DNA of 64,000 nt from Eledone cirrhosa (Eukaryota): assembly GCA_964016885.1 (NCBI GenBank), contig OZ024742.1:198276001-198340000 (forward strand), written 5' to 3'. How positions within the stretch are numbered: the first letter of the stretch is position 1; each line of letters begins with the position of its first letter. This document shows positions 1-10,544 of the stretch, piece after piece. Below the pieces are notes generated by a model. That model saw only the letters and a program-made list of their open reading frames with translations, made no database searches and was not told where the DNA came from. Position numbers and translations under genes: made by a program.

Positions 1-60
1 TTTACGTATCATATCTCTCTCCCCTGCTTCCTTTCCTCCACCCACACTTGCTCCACCCTG

Positions 61-951
61 GTGAGCAGCATCCTCTCCTCTTCAGCATGGACTAGTTTCA
101 ACAGGGAGTTGGGTGAAGCTCTCCAGCAACGGAGTGAGTTGGGCTTGTCTCCTCCTGAGAAGGTGGAGGATAGTCGAAGTCAGAGAGCTTGGGACAGCAT
201 AAGTTCGAAGGCCACCTTCGACTCCCTCTTCGTCCAGTCAGATCAGTTTGCAAGGTGCCGCTTACTATCTGCCAGTGACAAATACTCAGGCGACTGGGTC
301 GATGCCCTACCCGTGGCCAACGTCGGTGGCCTACTCAGCCTGGACGAACTTCGTGTCTCCATCGCCCTCAGAGTGGGAGCTGACGTCTGCATGGGTTTGA
401 GGTGCCGATGCGGCAAACTCCTTGACTTCACAGGCCTCCATGGTCTTTCTGGTCACCTGAATGCCAGCCACTTCACGCGTCACACGGAGCTAAACCTCAT
501 TCTCAAGAGAGCTTTAGCCCGGGCGAACATCCCCTCAATCTTAGAACCTTCTGGGTTGTCCAGAAGTGACGGCAAAAGACCTGACGGCCTTACCCTGTAC
601 CCCTGGTCGAGAGGCAGGTGCCTTGTCTGGGACGCCACTGTTAGTAACTATTTTGCTCTTTCCCACATCGTGGATGCTGCGGTTAGGACGAGGGCCACAG
701 CTTCTGCAGCCAAGCGGAGTAAGACCCTCAAATACTCTGATCTGTCAGCCAGCTACATTTTTCAGCCTGTGGCTTTCGAGACATTTGGGGGAGTTGGTCC
801 GCTGACTGTGAGGTTCCTCTCTTCACTGGCGGCTCGCCTAATAGAGGTAACTGGCGAATCTCGCGAGCGTGCTTAGTTGTTCCAATGCATTAGCCTCGCC
901 ATCACCCGAGGCAACGCTGTGAGTGTGCTGGCTTGCCTTAAAAATCATTAG
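61..951 (+). mobile_element. 3' part of a non-LTR retrotransposon with a restriction-like endonuclease (CRE-like clade), inactivated
   Basis: Motifs seen: CRCG..LHGL zinc-knuckle region, RHTELN, LEPSGLSRSDGKRPDG..PW..G..LVWDATV, K..KY, FQPVAFETFG. After the TAG at 874-876 the frame continues as LFQCISLAITRGNAVSVL to a stop at 949-951, so that TAG is premature (probably TGG>TAG). Confidence 0.8.
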
Positions 952-1394
952 AGAGGTTGCCCAGTACCCCTCACTGCTGTCTTTTGCTTTGGTGTTGGCT
1001 CGGTTGTTCACCCCTTCCTTTACATTTTCTTTAATATTGTAACATTAAAAAGAATATATCTTACTGCAAGAATCACGAGCAATTTATAATGTTATCTAAG
1101 CATTTGTAATGTTATTTATGTATATATTTAAAACTTATTTGTTATGTTATTCTACTGTAAATTTATTCATATGCTCTGTTTATATTTTCATTCTGAAAGA
1201 ATTGCAAACAATTTGTAATGTTATTTATACAACTGTGAATCTGTTAGAACACGAAAAGTGTGAAACAACAGAATGTTCACTTTTCGTGTTCTAACATATA
1301 TGCCTAACTTCTTCATAAATTTTCCCGGGATAGCCGTGGTGGTGGTGATCGTATGTCATTGGCTAATTTTCAACCAATCAGAGTAAGTGTTGAG

Positions 1395-1396
<2 letters not shown>

Positions 1397-1446
<50 letters not shown>
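1397..1446. repeat. (TA)n microsatellite, followed by degenerate CT-rich low-complexity sequence to about 1830
   Basis: About 25 TA units are directly visible, followed by recurring 'ccccctctctatatat' blocks. Confidence 0.95.
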
Positions 1447-1447
<1 letters not shown>

Positions 1448-2484
1448 TATTCCCCCTCTCTCTATATATATCTTACGCTTTCGCTTTACACTCCTCCCCT
1501 TCAATAACACATTTCCCCCTCTCTATATATCTCTTATACTGTTACACTTATATTTCCATTTATTTATTTCCCCCTCTCTCTATATCTCTTCCACTGTTAC
1601 TTACGCCTGTTTCTCTCTATCTGTTCCGTCTCTATATATATCTCTCTTACTCTTTCGCTTTGCACTCCTCCCCTTCAATACCATCTCTCCCCCTCTCTAT
1701 ATATTTGTTACTCTATCGCTGCACGCTCCTCTCCTTCAATATATCAATTACACACTTACGCTTTACACTCCTTTATCCCCAGCGCCCCTATATATATACC
1801 CCCCCCCCCCCCCCCGCATCTATATTTTAATGTTCCGTTGCACCGTGAATATATGTGTCTATATATATATACATATATATTGTATATACACATTCATGTA
1901 TGTGTATACACACTCATGTATGTATATACACTGGTTTTATGTGTGTATTGTAAATTTGTACTGTTAAAACACGAAACTAACATTCGATTGACACTTTGAT
2001 TACCTGTACAGGCAATAGTTATTAGAATGCTGTTGAAGTGTGTATATAACATGCTTATAATATTGGTTGTATCATATTTACTTGTATATTTGTCTATATT
2101 GTTTGTTTTGTGTTAAATTATTTTATTATTATTATGTTGGATTATTTTTTTTATTATTATGTTAAACTATTTGTATGTAATATTTAATTTTTTTATTAAT
2201 TCAACTATAATAATCGACATATGAAATTTAAATCAACAATAGGAGAAAAAAAAAAATCTTATTGCACAAACAATAATTCTGCACAAATGTTGCTCCATTA
2301 TTAGATCTAATGTTGCAACGATACAGTTAAATGTTGTCTGTGTATTTTAAAAAAGATTTGCTTATAATCTTTTCAAATTTCATTACGCCAATGATTCAAG
2401 CTCAAATTGACATTATCTAAAAAATTGTACAAACAGCGGTGGATTAGCAGTAGTGAACAGATAAATCAGTCAATTTATTAAGAT

Positions 2485-3140
2485 TGACTTGGCATCAATC
2501 AGCAAGACCTTCATTAGCTGCTCTCCAGCCATCTATTTAAAGCTGTATACATCTATGGTACGAATACACTTGGAGTTCGCGTCATCAGTCTGGAACCCCT
2601 ATCTTGCTCAGAACATTGACCTCCTGGAAACTGTTCAGAGACATGCAACCAAGCGCATACCCTCCATCAGACACCTACCATACCCTGAATATTTTGCTTC
2701 CCTCTGGCAATGGACTTGGTAAACACCCACAAAGTTATTAACCATCCGACCAACAACAACCCCGAACACCTTTTTGATCTCCATGTGTCTAACACGTGGA
2801 CATGCCTACAAAGTCAGAAAACAACACAGCTCCCATGACTTTAGGAAATATTTCTTCATGCTCAGAGTTGCTGAAGGATGGAACAAACTTCCTGCATCAG
2901 TTGTTAGCTGATGACACACTGCATCCTTTAAAACCATCATACATTCCGAAATACACCAAAACTACACCTGATGTCCCCCTTCCATACACATGCACATATG
3001 TGTATATCATGACTCATGCACTGTTCTTTTTTCATGACGTTTTTATATTACCCTATGTATTATATATGCACTTTTGATGAGTTGTAGTGCACCTCAGCAT
3101 TGTACACAATATTTTCATTATTATTATCATTATTATTATT
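2485..3140 (+). mobile_element. 5'-truncated CR1-clade LINE 3' fragment with (ATT)n tail
   Basis: LYTSMVRIHLEFASSVWNPY..IDLLETVQRHATKRIP..LPY matches the typical CR1 post-RT region. TRGH-like and WNKLP-like remnants follow, and the copy ends in cattattatcattattattatt at about 3117-3140. Confidence 0.8.
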
Positions 3141-3599
3141 ACACTCATTGATCCATTTTGCACTAACTCTGCATCAAGCACCCTCACCTAAATATTAACC
3201 AATCAAGGATCCAATACAGCTATCTGTTGGATGAGTATTGTATAGTGCCAAAAACGAAACCAATCAGTTTAGCAGAAAGTTTCCAGACAAGAAACACGCA
3301 TATTTTGCTATCCTCAAACACGTTTACACGTGGCATGAAATATAACTAATCCGAGATGGCTAGGTTTCATCTTCTAATTGGATATACGAAATCCATTATG
3401 TCTTGACAACAACATGAGGTAACATTATGTTATTCACAGACACACTTTGTACACTGTTCCATATCAGAATGTATTTCCTTCGTTACATTCACAAACAGTA
3501 TTGAAAATATGTTCTTCGGCAAATAAAAATGTTTTGTTCATAATATTTCAACTAGCGATTGCTCTACTCCACGCACGACCACCATAAATTAATGACCAG

Positions 3600-3780
3600 C
3601 TCAACACAAGTATTGGTAGAGCGTCAGACACCATGCTTTGCAGTATTGTTATGGTCCTTTGCATTCTAAGTTCAAATCCTGCCGAGGTTAACTTCGACTT
3701 TCATACTTACTAATTCGATAAAATAAAGTACCAGTAATGGACTGCCGTAATGGATTTGTGCCGAAAAATAGAAACACTAT
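3600..3780 (+). mobile_element. Degenerate tRNA-derived SINE (family A)
   Basis: Contains ggtagagcgtcagac...gttcaaatcctgccgaggttaacttcgactttcat...cgataaaataaagtaccag. Related copies occur at about 6320-6470 (+), 7515-7720 (-) and 18935-19270 (-). Confidence 0.6.
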
Positions 3781-4329
3781 TAATGTGCAATAAGAGCAAA
3801 ATATAACGACATTGCTCAATTATTTTATCTAATGTAATAACACAAGGAAATGTTGTTTGTGTATTTTTTTTTATATTTGCTCATAGGCTTTTACAATTTC
3901 GCTCAGCCAACAACTATTAAAAAGTGAGTTGCTTAAGATAACAATTTAATCACAAATTGTTGCTATCTTTTAATACACTCCAACAAGTCATCAAATTATG
4001 TACAATAAAAACAAATCTTATTAATTTGCTCAGGGAATATAAAGAAAATGTATATACACTGATAATTGCAATTGTATGTAAATATTTTGTTTTTGTATTG
4101 TTTATTTTATGTTTTCTATTATGTATAATATATTGATTTAATATTGATTGTTTTTTGTAGTTGTTTATATTAAAAGTCTGAAAATATTTTTATACATCTT
4201 ACACTAATATTTATAAGATAATTTATAATAACAATTACATAATCTAATTACATTACAACGATAATTTATTATTAATATATATCCTGTTTAACTAGAGTTA
4301 TTACAAGCGTTGCCTTAAAAAAATATTAA

Positions 4330-5286
4330 ACTAGACATGAAAAATGCGCAAGCTCAAAAGCGCCACAGAATGTTATAATAAACCTTCAAAAGTGTGGGAC
4401 TAGAGTTGTTGCTAAAAAATATTGTAATCATTATATATCGTACATTCTGTGGCATCCTTTATAAAAATAGCTTAAACCAACGAAGCCTTTATTTTTACGC
4501 TATTTCACTTAGTTAATTCTTAGAGTGTAACATATAAAAATAAATACATCTATGTTTAATGTAATAACAGCTATAAATAATTACGTAATATTATTATCAT
4601 ATACTCATAGTAACAAAATAATTGTGTTGAAAATTAATATGATGCTTATATGAACGATCAAATCTATAATGATAATTTCTTAAATATACTAATAGTAAAA
4701 TAATTTAGTTATCTATTGTTACATTTTCATAGAACTATAATATTAACAATCGTATTGCATTATCAAATTTTTATCACTACAAACTTTCATATTGGAATTA
4801 CCTTAAGCCACTTATTATTACTTCGCTTTCGTACTTTTACAGCTGTAGATATTGCGCTGTATCTTATATCTAATATCAATATCTCATGGTAATTTGCATG
4901 CAGTGTAAAATAGGTTTATTAATAACTTTAATATGAAATGTATTATACAGGGCTGCGGAGTCGGCCAAAAATTGACTGGCTCCAACTCAGGATCCGATAC
5001 TCCATTATTTCCTAAATTTCAGCTCCGCAGCTCTGTTATTATATTAATTAATTTATTTTATAGTTGTAAATCATATTTTTATATGTTACACTCTAAGAAT
5101 TAACTAAGTGAAATAGCGTAAAAATAAAGGCTTCGTTGGTTTAAGCTATTTTTATAAAGGATGCCACAGAATGTACGATATATAATGATTACAATATTTT
5201 TTAGCAACAACTCTAGTCCCACACTTTTGAAGGTTTATTATAACATTCTGTGGCACTTTTGAGCTTGCGCATTTTTCATGTCTAGT
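4330..5286. mobile_element. Foldback element with 213-bp terminal inverted repeats
   Basis: 4330-4542 is the reverse complement of 5074-5286, with one mismatch seen. Termini are ACTAGACATGAAAAATGCG... and ...CGCATTTTTCATGTCTAGT. Confidence 0.9.
4948..5035. mobile_element. 88-bp hAT-type MITE nested in the foldback element
   Basis: TIRs CAGGGCTGCGGAG / CTCCGCAGCTCTG match at 12 of 13 positions. The 8-bp flanks gtattata / ttattata match at 7 of 8, consistent with an hAT target site duplication. Confidence 0.7.
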
Positions 5287-5608
5287 AAAATATTTGTAAT
5301 GCATATATATATTTGCCTATAATATCAATATGCACACTACTCATGCTAGCAGAAAAATCACCCTTTGGTGGTTTTTCTGCTTGTATCCTATAATGATTTA
5401 ACAGAATACATTTACCGTATTTGACAGCTTTATAAGTACACCTCAATTTGGGCAGACATTTAAAAAAATATAAATAAATGAGTTTAAACTACAAATGTCA
5501 GGTGAAGAATATAAAGTTTGTACATTGTATTTTTTATTATCATTTTACATAATTCTAGTTGTAATATTTTAGTACATTTTTAAAAGGAAGCGTGAAAATT
5601 TTATTTAA

Positions 5609-5814
5609 CCCTTCAGCATTTACATTACTCTCTATATACTATTGTATTTTTGTGGTAAAGGCTTTATCTCATAATATCGAATCTACAAGATTTTGATATT
5701 ATTTATTTTGAGAACAATACCTTAACGTCAGTATGAGCAGCTGGTTACAACCAGTTTGAACAGAAATAGGTGAGAGAATTCTGCCTGGACATAGCCAGTT
5801 TAAATGCTAAAGGG
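5609..5814 (+). mobile_element. TTAA-specific (piggyBac-type) MITE, copy 1
   Basis: Structure TTAA|CCCTTCAGCATTTA...TAAATGCTAAAGGG|TTAA, with homologous copies at 15737-15916 and 21425-21634. Confidence 0.8.
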
Positions 5815-7205
5815 TTAAGGGCCACTGCAGCACTATAACTCCATTAACAAGTAACCCAAACTGATCCTTGTGATTTTCTGTGACATATTTTTAAAAAGAT
5901 GTGTCTTATAAAGCTGTAAAATACAGTAATTACTTATTTGTTAATTCAGATGTTTATAGTATCTTTACTAGAGGACAGATCATCATGAAAATTTGCAGTA
6001 TTAAAATAAAGACCATTGTGTTACGCGCTGTTTATCAAAATTAGCTAGACTGTTACAATTAACACCTTTGATAACAAACTTCCTCTGGTTCTATGATAAA
6101 AGACTTTGTGTTTATATTTATCTAGAAACCTTCCATTATAATTTGATGTAAGAACTTTTGTTAAGCCATGTTCCAAACACCAGCATAATAATGAGAAAGT
6201 TAGTTATATTACTACATCCCTTCAAATTCTTAATTATTTGAACATCATAAGCAGTATGTTTCATTAGAAATATGGTAACAAAAGGGTTAATATAATAATG
6301 ATGAACCGGAAGAATTATTTAGACAAAATGCTTTGCAGCATTTATTTAGAGCTCTTTATGTGTTCAAATCTCACTAAAGTCAACCTTAGCTTTCATATTT
6401 CAGGGGTCAATAAAATATAGTACCAATCAAATTCTGGTATCTATATAATCCCCTCCACTCAAATTCTTTGGCCAATTTTCTACAGCAGGATGCCCTTCCT
6501 AACACCAACCATTTTACAGAGTGTACTGGGTGTGTTAACCATACACTCTCGAGTCTCGAATAATTGCCCGACTGCTTATTAAATTTTCAGATTTTTTCCA
6601 ACCAAAGACAGGTTTTCATCACTGACTCAACTTTTCAGGATGTTTAACCCTTTTGATACCAAACCACATGAAACCACCCCTTGTTCTTATGATGGCAGGG
6701 CTACTGCAATCCTTGTCACCATCATCATCATCATCGTTTTACATCTGCTATTCCATATTTGCATGGGTTTGGACAATGATTTCCACTAGTTGCAAACACA
6801 AGGCTAACACAAGTCATGTTAGTGCTGCACACGGTAGTGGGGTGGCTAGAGTAGCCAAGTGCGAGAACCCCTCAACCATCATCCCTGTATATATATGTAC
6901 TTTACTCTGATTTCAGAAATGTGATAACAAAATGGTGTTTATATTTATCTAAAAAAACTTTCATCAAAAGTCTACATAAGAGCTTTTGTTATGTTCAAAA
7001 CACCAGATAAATAAGAAAGCTATATCACTAAATGCTTCCAAATTTTTGATAATTTTAAAAATTAACTTAAAATCATAAGAAGTGTCTTTCATTAGAAATA
7101 TGGTAGTCATCATCATCAGCGTTTTAATGTCTGCTAGAAAGGGTTGGTAATGAAAGGGTAAAGAAGAATATAAAGTAAAACATTCTTAAGACTGATCAAC
7201 TCTAC

Positions 7206-7286
7206 CTTTAATAATAGCAGGGTTCCTTCGGTTCTGACATCTGTTATCAGACTGGAAAATGACATTACTATTTCTTGTGAAAATCT
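7206..7286 (-). CDS. IPO11: Importin-11 exon (RFSQEIVMSFSSLITDVRTEGTLLLLK)
   Basis: Acceptor tttccag, donor AAG|gtagag (weak), 81 bp, phase 0/0. Resembles the vertebrate IPO11 segment ..SFCELLKEITTEGQVQVLK as recalled. Confidence 0.8.
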
Positions 7287-7514
7287 CTGGAAATCAAAAT
7301 AAAACATCATCATCATCATCATTTTCAACACCACAGAAAGACAAGATGGGGTAAATAGAACAAGATCAGAACAAAGAAGAGACACAGAGATGCAAAAATA
7401 TTCATTGATGTCATAGAATGTGTGATGAAAGAGCCTTGATAATTTAATAATCATCAGGTTACTAAACTAACCAAAAAATAGATTAGTGACCTGACTAATA
7501 ATGGTTTCTACTTT

Positions 7515-7720
7515 AGGCACAAGACCAGCAATTTTTTTTTTGGGGGGGGGGGGGGGGCAATTAAATTAACCCAAGTGCATTACCGGTGTTTTATTTTATC
7601 GATCCCATAAGGATGAAAGGCAAAGCTAACCCAGACGGGATTTGAACTCAGAATGTAAAGGGCCATAACTATGCTGTGAAGCAAGATGTCTGACGCTCTA
7701 CCGATATTGCCAATCCACTA
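7515..7720 (-). mobile_element. SINE family A copy
   Basis: Sequence ggcacaagaccagcaatttt...tttatcgatcccataaggatgaaaggcaaagctaac...ggatttgaactc is shared with 18935-19090. Confidence 0.7.
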
Positions 7721-8416
7721 CTCTTCCTGATTAATAATGGTTTCTAATTTAGGCACAAGGTCAAGGATACTCATTAGCTATGTTAAAGACATGACAACTT
7801 TCCTAGTGTTGGTGCTACAATAAAATGGACTCAGTTGAACACAGGAGTGTATGTTAGGCCCCGTGCTTTCGTTGAGGTCAGAGACTTCGCTTGGGTACTG
7901 ATCAGTCTTTGACAAATTGTCGGACCCTTGTTTGCAGGGAGATTGGACATTAAATGGTATGTTGGGTGTCCAGTTTCTGCCTAGAAATTTCACTCACGAA
8001 ATACTGGTTGACCCAATACTAGAGTAGAAGAAACTTGCCTAAGATACCATGTCATAAGATTGAATCTGAAACCACAAGGTTGCAAAGAAGACTTCTTAAC
8101 CAAACACTCTTGCTTGCTCTTTAGAATCTACTTTAACCCTGCTGATACCAACCTGGCCAAAACCAGCTCTGGTTCTATAAAACAAAACCAACCATTTTAA
8201 AGGATTTGTAACTAAATTAATATCTTCCAACTTAATTTCATATAAGAACCATATATTAATTTACTATCTTAACAAAATAGCTAATAATTTTAGTAAATAC
8301 ATCAAGATCTTTACACCAATTAATTGAAATACAGTATTTCATTTTGAATATATTCACAAAAGTGTTAAGAGTGACACAAAAGGGCAGAAAGAAAAGAAAA
8401 AAGAAATGGTAACTAC

Positions 8417-8496
8417 CTGCATAAATTCCTTTTGTCCCAGAACTACATAAGCTTCAACTATCTTAAGACACACTTTCAGGTCCTCAGATCCAAACT
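8417..8496 (-). CDS. IPO11: Importin-11 exon (EFGSEDLKVCLKIVEAYVVLGQKEFMQ)
   Basis: Acceptor ttttcag, donor CAG|gtagtt, 80 bp, phase 1/0, compatible with both neighbouring exons. Confidence 0.9.
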
Positions 8497-8584
8497 CTGA
8501 AAATATTAAAATAAAATTTATTTTACTTTTCAATATCAAAATATTGATATGCAAAACCACTTCTTTTTCTTCTTTGTCCACTTA

Positions 8585-8965
8585 TTCCTGAGAGGACCAT
8601 GGGGGCAGATCCTTTCAGAAGCAACTGTCTCCAACTGATCTGGCTGGATCCCCAAGTAAGACCAGCCAAGCTCATGGATATTATTCAACCATCTAGCTCG
8701 GGGTCTACCCCTGGGTCTCCTTTCAGTTGATTTGGCTCATAAAATCTGTCCAGTGATTCTTTCCTGAGACATTCTAACATGTCCATAGTATCGGAGCTGT
8801 GATCTCTCAATTCAGAGAAGTCGCGGCTCTACCTGGAGTGACACTTTGATCTCCGAGCTACGCTCTCTATGAAGTAGCATTACTCCAAAGACCCTTTGGA
8901 GGAATCCCATCTTGGCCGTTTGTATTCACGATCATATTCTTTTGGTCATTACCCAGGATTCATGA
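8585..8965 (-). mobile_element. Degenerate RTE-like LINE 3' fragment
   Basis: Homologous in reverse complement to 17040-17240 and encodes an RPRGRPRARWLNNI-type RTE C-terminus. Confidence 0.65.
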
Positions 8966-9240
8966 CCAAACTCTATATTTTTAAGTATGAGTATGTGTGT
9001 ATATACACACACACATGAATTTGGTGAACCAACAGGAACTTGACATTAGAATTCCTAAACTATATATAGGTATTAGAGGTGCAAATGAATTGCTTCTGCT
9101 GGTGGTATGCCAAGATAAGCCCTCAATGCTCATGAGTAGCAGAGTATCAATAATATTGTGCGTCTACATGTGAACACATACCTAAAGAGCTTCCGATTCC
9201 GGAGTCAGGATCGAACATCAATCGGTGGATGTATGTGTGT

Positions 9241-9563
9241 ACTAATCTTTTTCCATTTCTTAGAGGGTTCTAAACCCCACTATCAGGCTAAAATTTCATT
9301 AGTCCAAAAATACGGTGAAAGCTTCTATTTCTATTTCAAAACATATTTACTTGTCATTATACTTGCTATGAATATATAGCTGAGATGGGTGATGTGTTGG
9401 TGGAATGGTAGCACAGTGGTCTGGATAACCAAAGATGTCAGTTTGACTCCCATGTATGTCAATACTAATCTTTTTCCATTTCTTAGAGGGTTCTAAACCC
9501 CACTAGCGGTCTAAAATTTCTTTAGTAAAAAAATACAGTGAAAGCTTCTATTTCTATTTCAAA
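9241..9563. repeat. Local direct duplication of about 100 bp (9241-9340 and 9464-9563)
   Basis: The block actaatctttttccatttcttagagggttctaaaccccacta...gaaagcttctatttctatttcaaa occurs twice. Confidence 0.85.
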
Positions 9564-9589
9564 TGATACTGGAACTGATACTGGCTTGA

Positions 9590-9857
9590 TTTCTACAGCT
9601 GGATGCCCTTCCTAACACCAACCTCATTTACAGTGAGTGCTGGGTGCTTTTTTGCCATGGCACCTCCACGACCACTTTGCAGTGGAATGATAGGGACCTC
9701 AGTCCCTATCATCTCATTTCTACAGCTGAGTAAACTGGAGCAATGTGAAATAAAGTGCCTTGCTCAAGGAAACAACACATCACCCGGTCTGAGAATTGAA
9801 CTCACAACCTTTCGATTGCAAGGCCAATGCTCTAACCACTAAGCCATATGCCTCCAT
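9590..9857 (-). mobile_element. tRNA-derived SINE (family B) with adjoining RTE-type tail
   Basis: The minus strand reads ggcatatGGCTTAGTGGttagagc (A box)...GAGTTCAATTCtc (B box)...ccttgagcaaggcacttt, followed by the tail ggttggtgttaggaagggcatccagctgtagaaa that is also in the RTE 3' UTR. Confidence 0.75.
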
Positions 9858-10047
9858 ATATATATATAAGCACTCCATATACACGACCCTTCACATAATT
9901 CTCAGGGTGATTCAGTATGACATTGTATGTGATAAGGCCAGCCTTTTTAAATTACAGGAGTACTGACCATCTTGAATTTTAATATAAGTGGCTGAGTATT
10001 CCACAAACATGTGTAATATCAGTACCATATTGTGTATATATACATAC

Positions 10048-10240
10048 CCAGTATTGCCGGCATTGCGGTGAACAAGTTCAGCAGTCCTGTAGTCATAACT
10101 GGTGAATTATGTAAAGTTTCTAGCCAAAGATCAAGTCCATCTTCCTTCAAGTAGACATGGAACTGTTGGGTGACATCGGTACTAAGGCGAATCACAGGAA
10201 TCAAGAAATCATACAGCGTGTTACAGCTGGTGCCAAGACC
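10048..10240 (-). CDS. IPO11: Importin-11 exon (GLGTSCNTLYDFLIPVIRLSTDV...AMPAIL)
   Basis: Acceptor tttccag, donor G|gtatgt, 193 bp, phase 0/1. Contains the conserved PVI.LSTDV...HVYL.EDGL.LW motif. Confidence 0.95.
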
Positions 10241-10544
10241 CTGGAAATTACAGGACATACAAAATAACATGCTGAGTCTTCTCTTTAGCAATAACAGGGA
10301 GAACGGACATTAAATATGATGATTCAAGCTGTAACACACAAATAATAAATACATGACTCCCACATACACACTCTTACCATCCCATTTTCATAAAGACTTG
10401 TTACAGCATGGGAGGAATAATGATTTTTTTTTTTTGCACCATCACGATCAATGTCTTTCTCTCTCTTACACACACACACTATATCTCTTTCACACACACA
10501 CACACTCATACCATCCCCTTTCATATGTGACAGACGTTTTACAC

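Noticed and set aside
1353-1967. 204-aa and 147-aa hydrophobic ORFs
   Set aside because: These are translations of the (TA)n microsatellite and CT-rich low-complexity sequence.
1055-2455. Possible additional Helitron spanning the AT-rich region
   Set aside because: The TC start and the terminal motif are only suggestive, with no clear hairpin-CTRR end and no second copy in the window.
1-7205. Next downstream IPO11 exon
   Set aside because: I could not identify a convincing exon by eye; it probably lies beyond the window start, though a short diverged exon could have been missed.
10353-10544. N-terminal extension of the RTE endonuclease ORF
   Set aside because: This is low-complexity host intron sequence ((CA)n and T runs) that happens to be in frame; no target duplication could be identified for the RTE.
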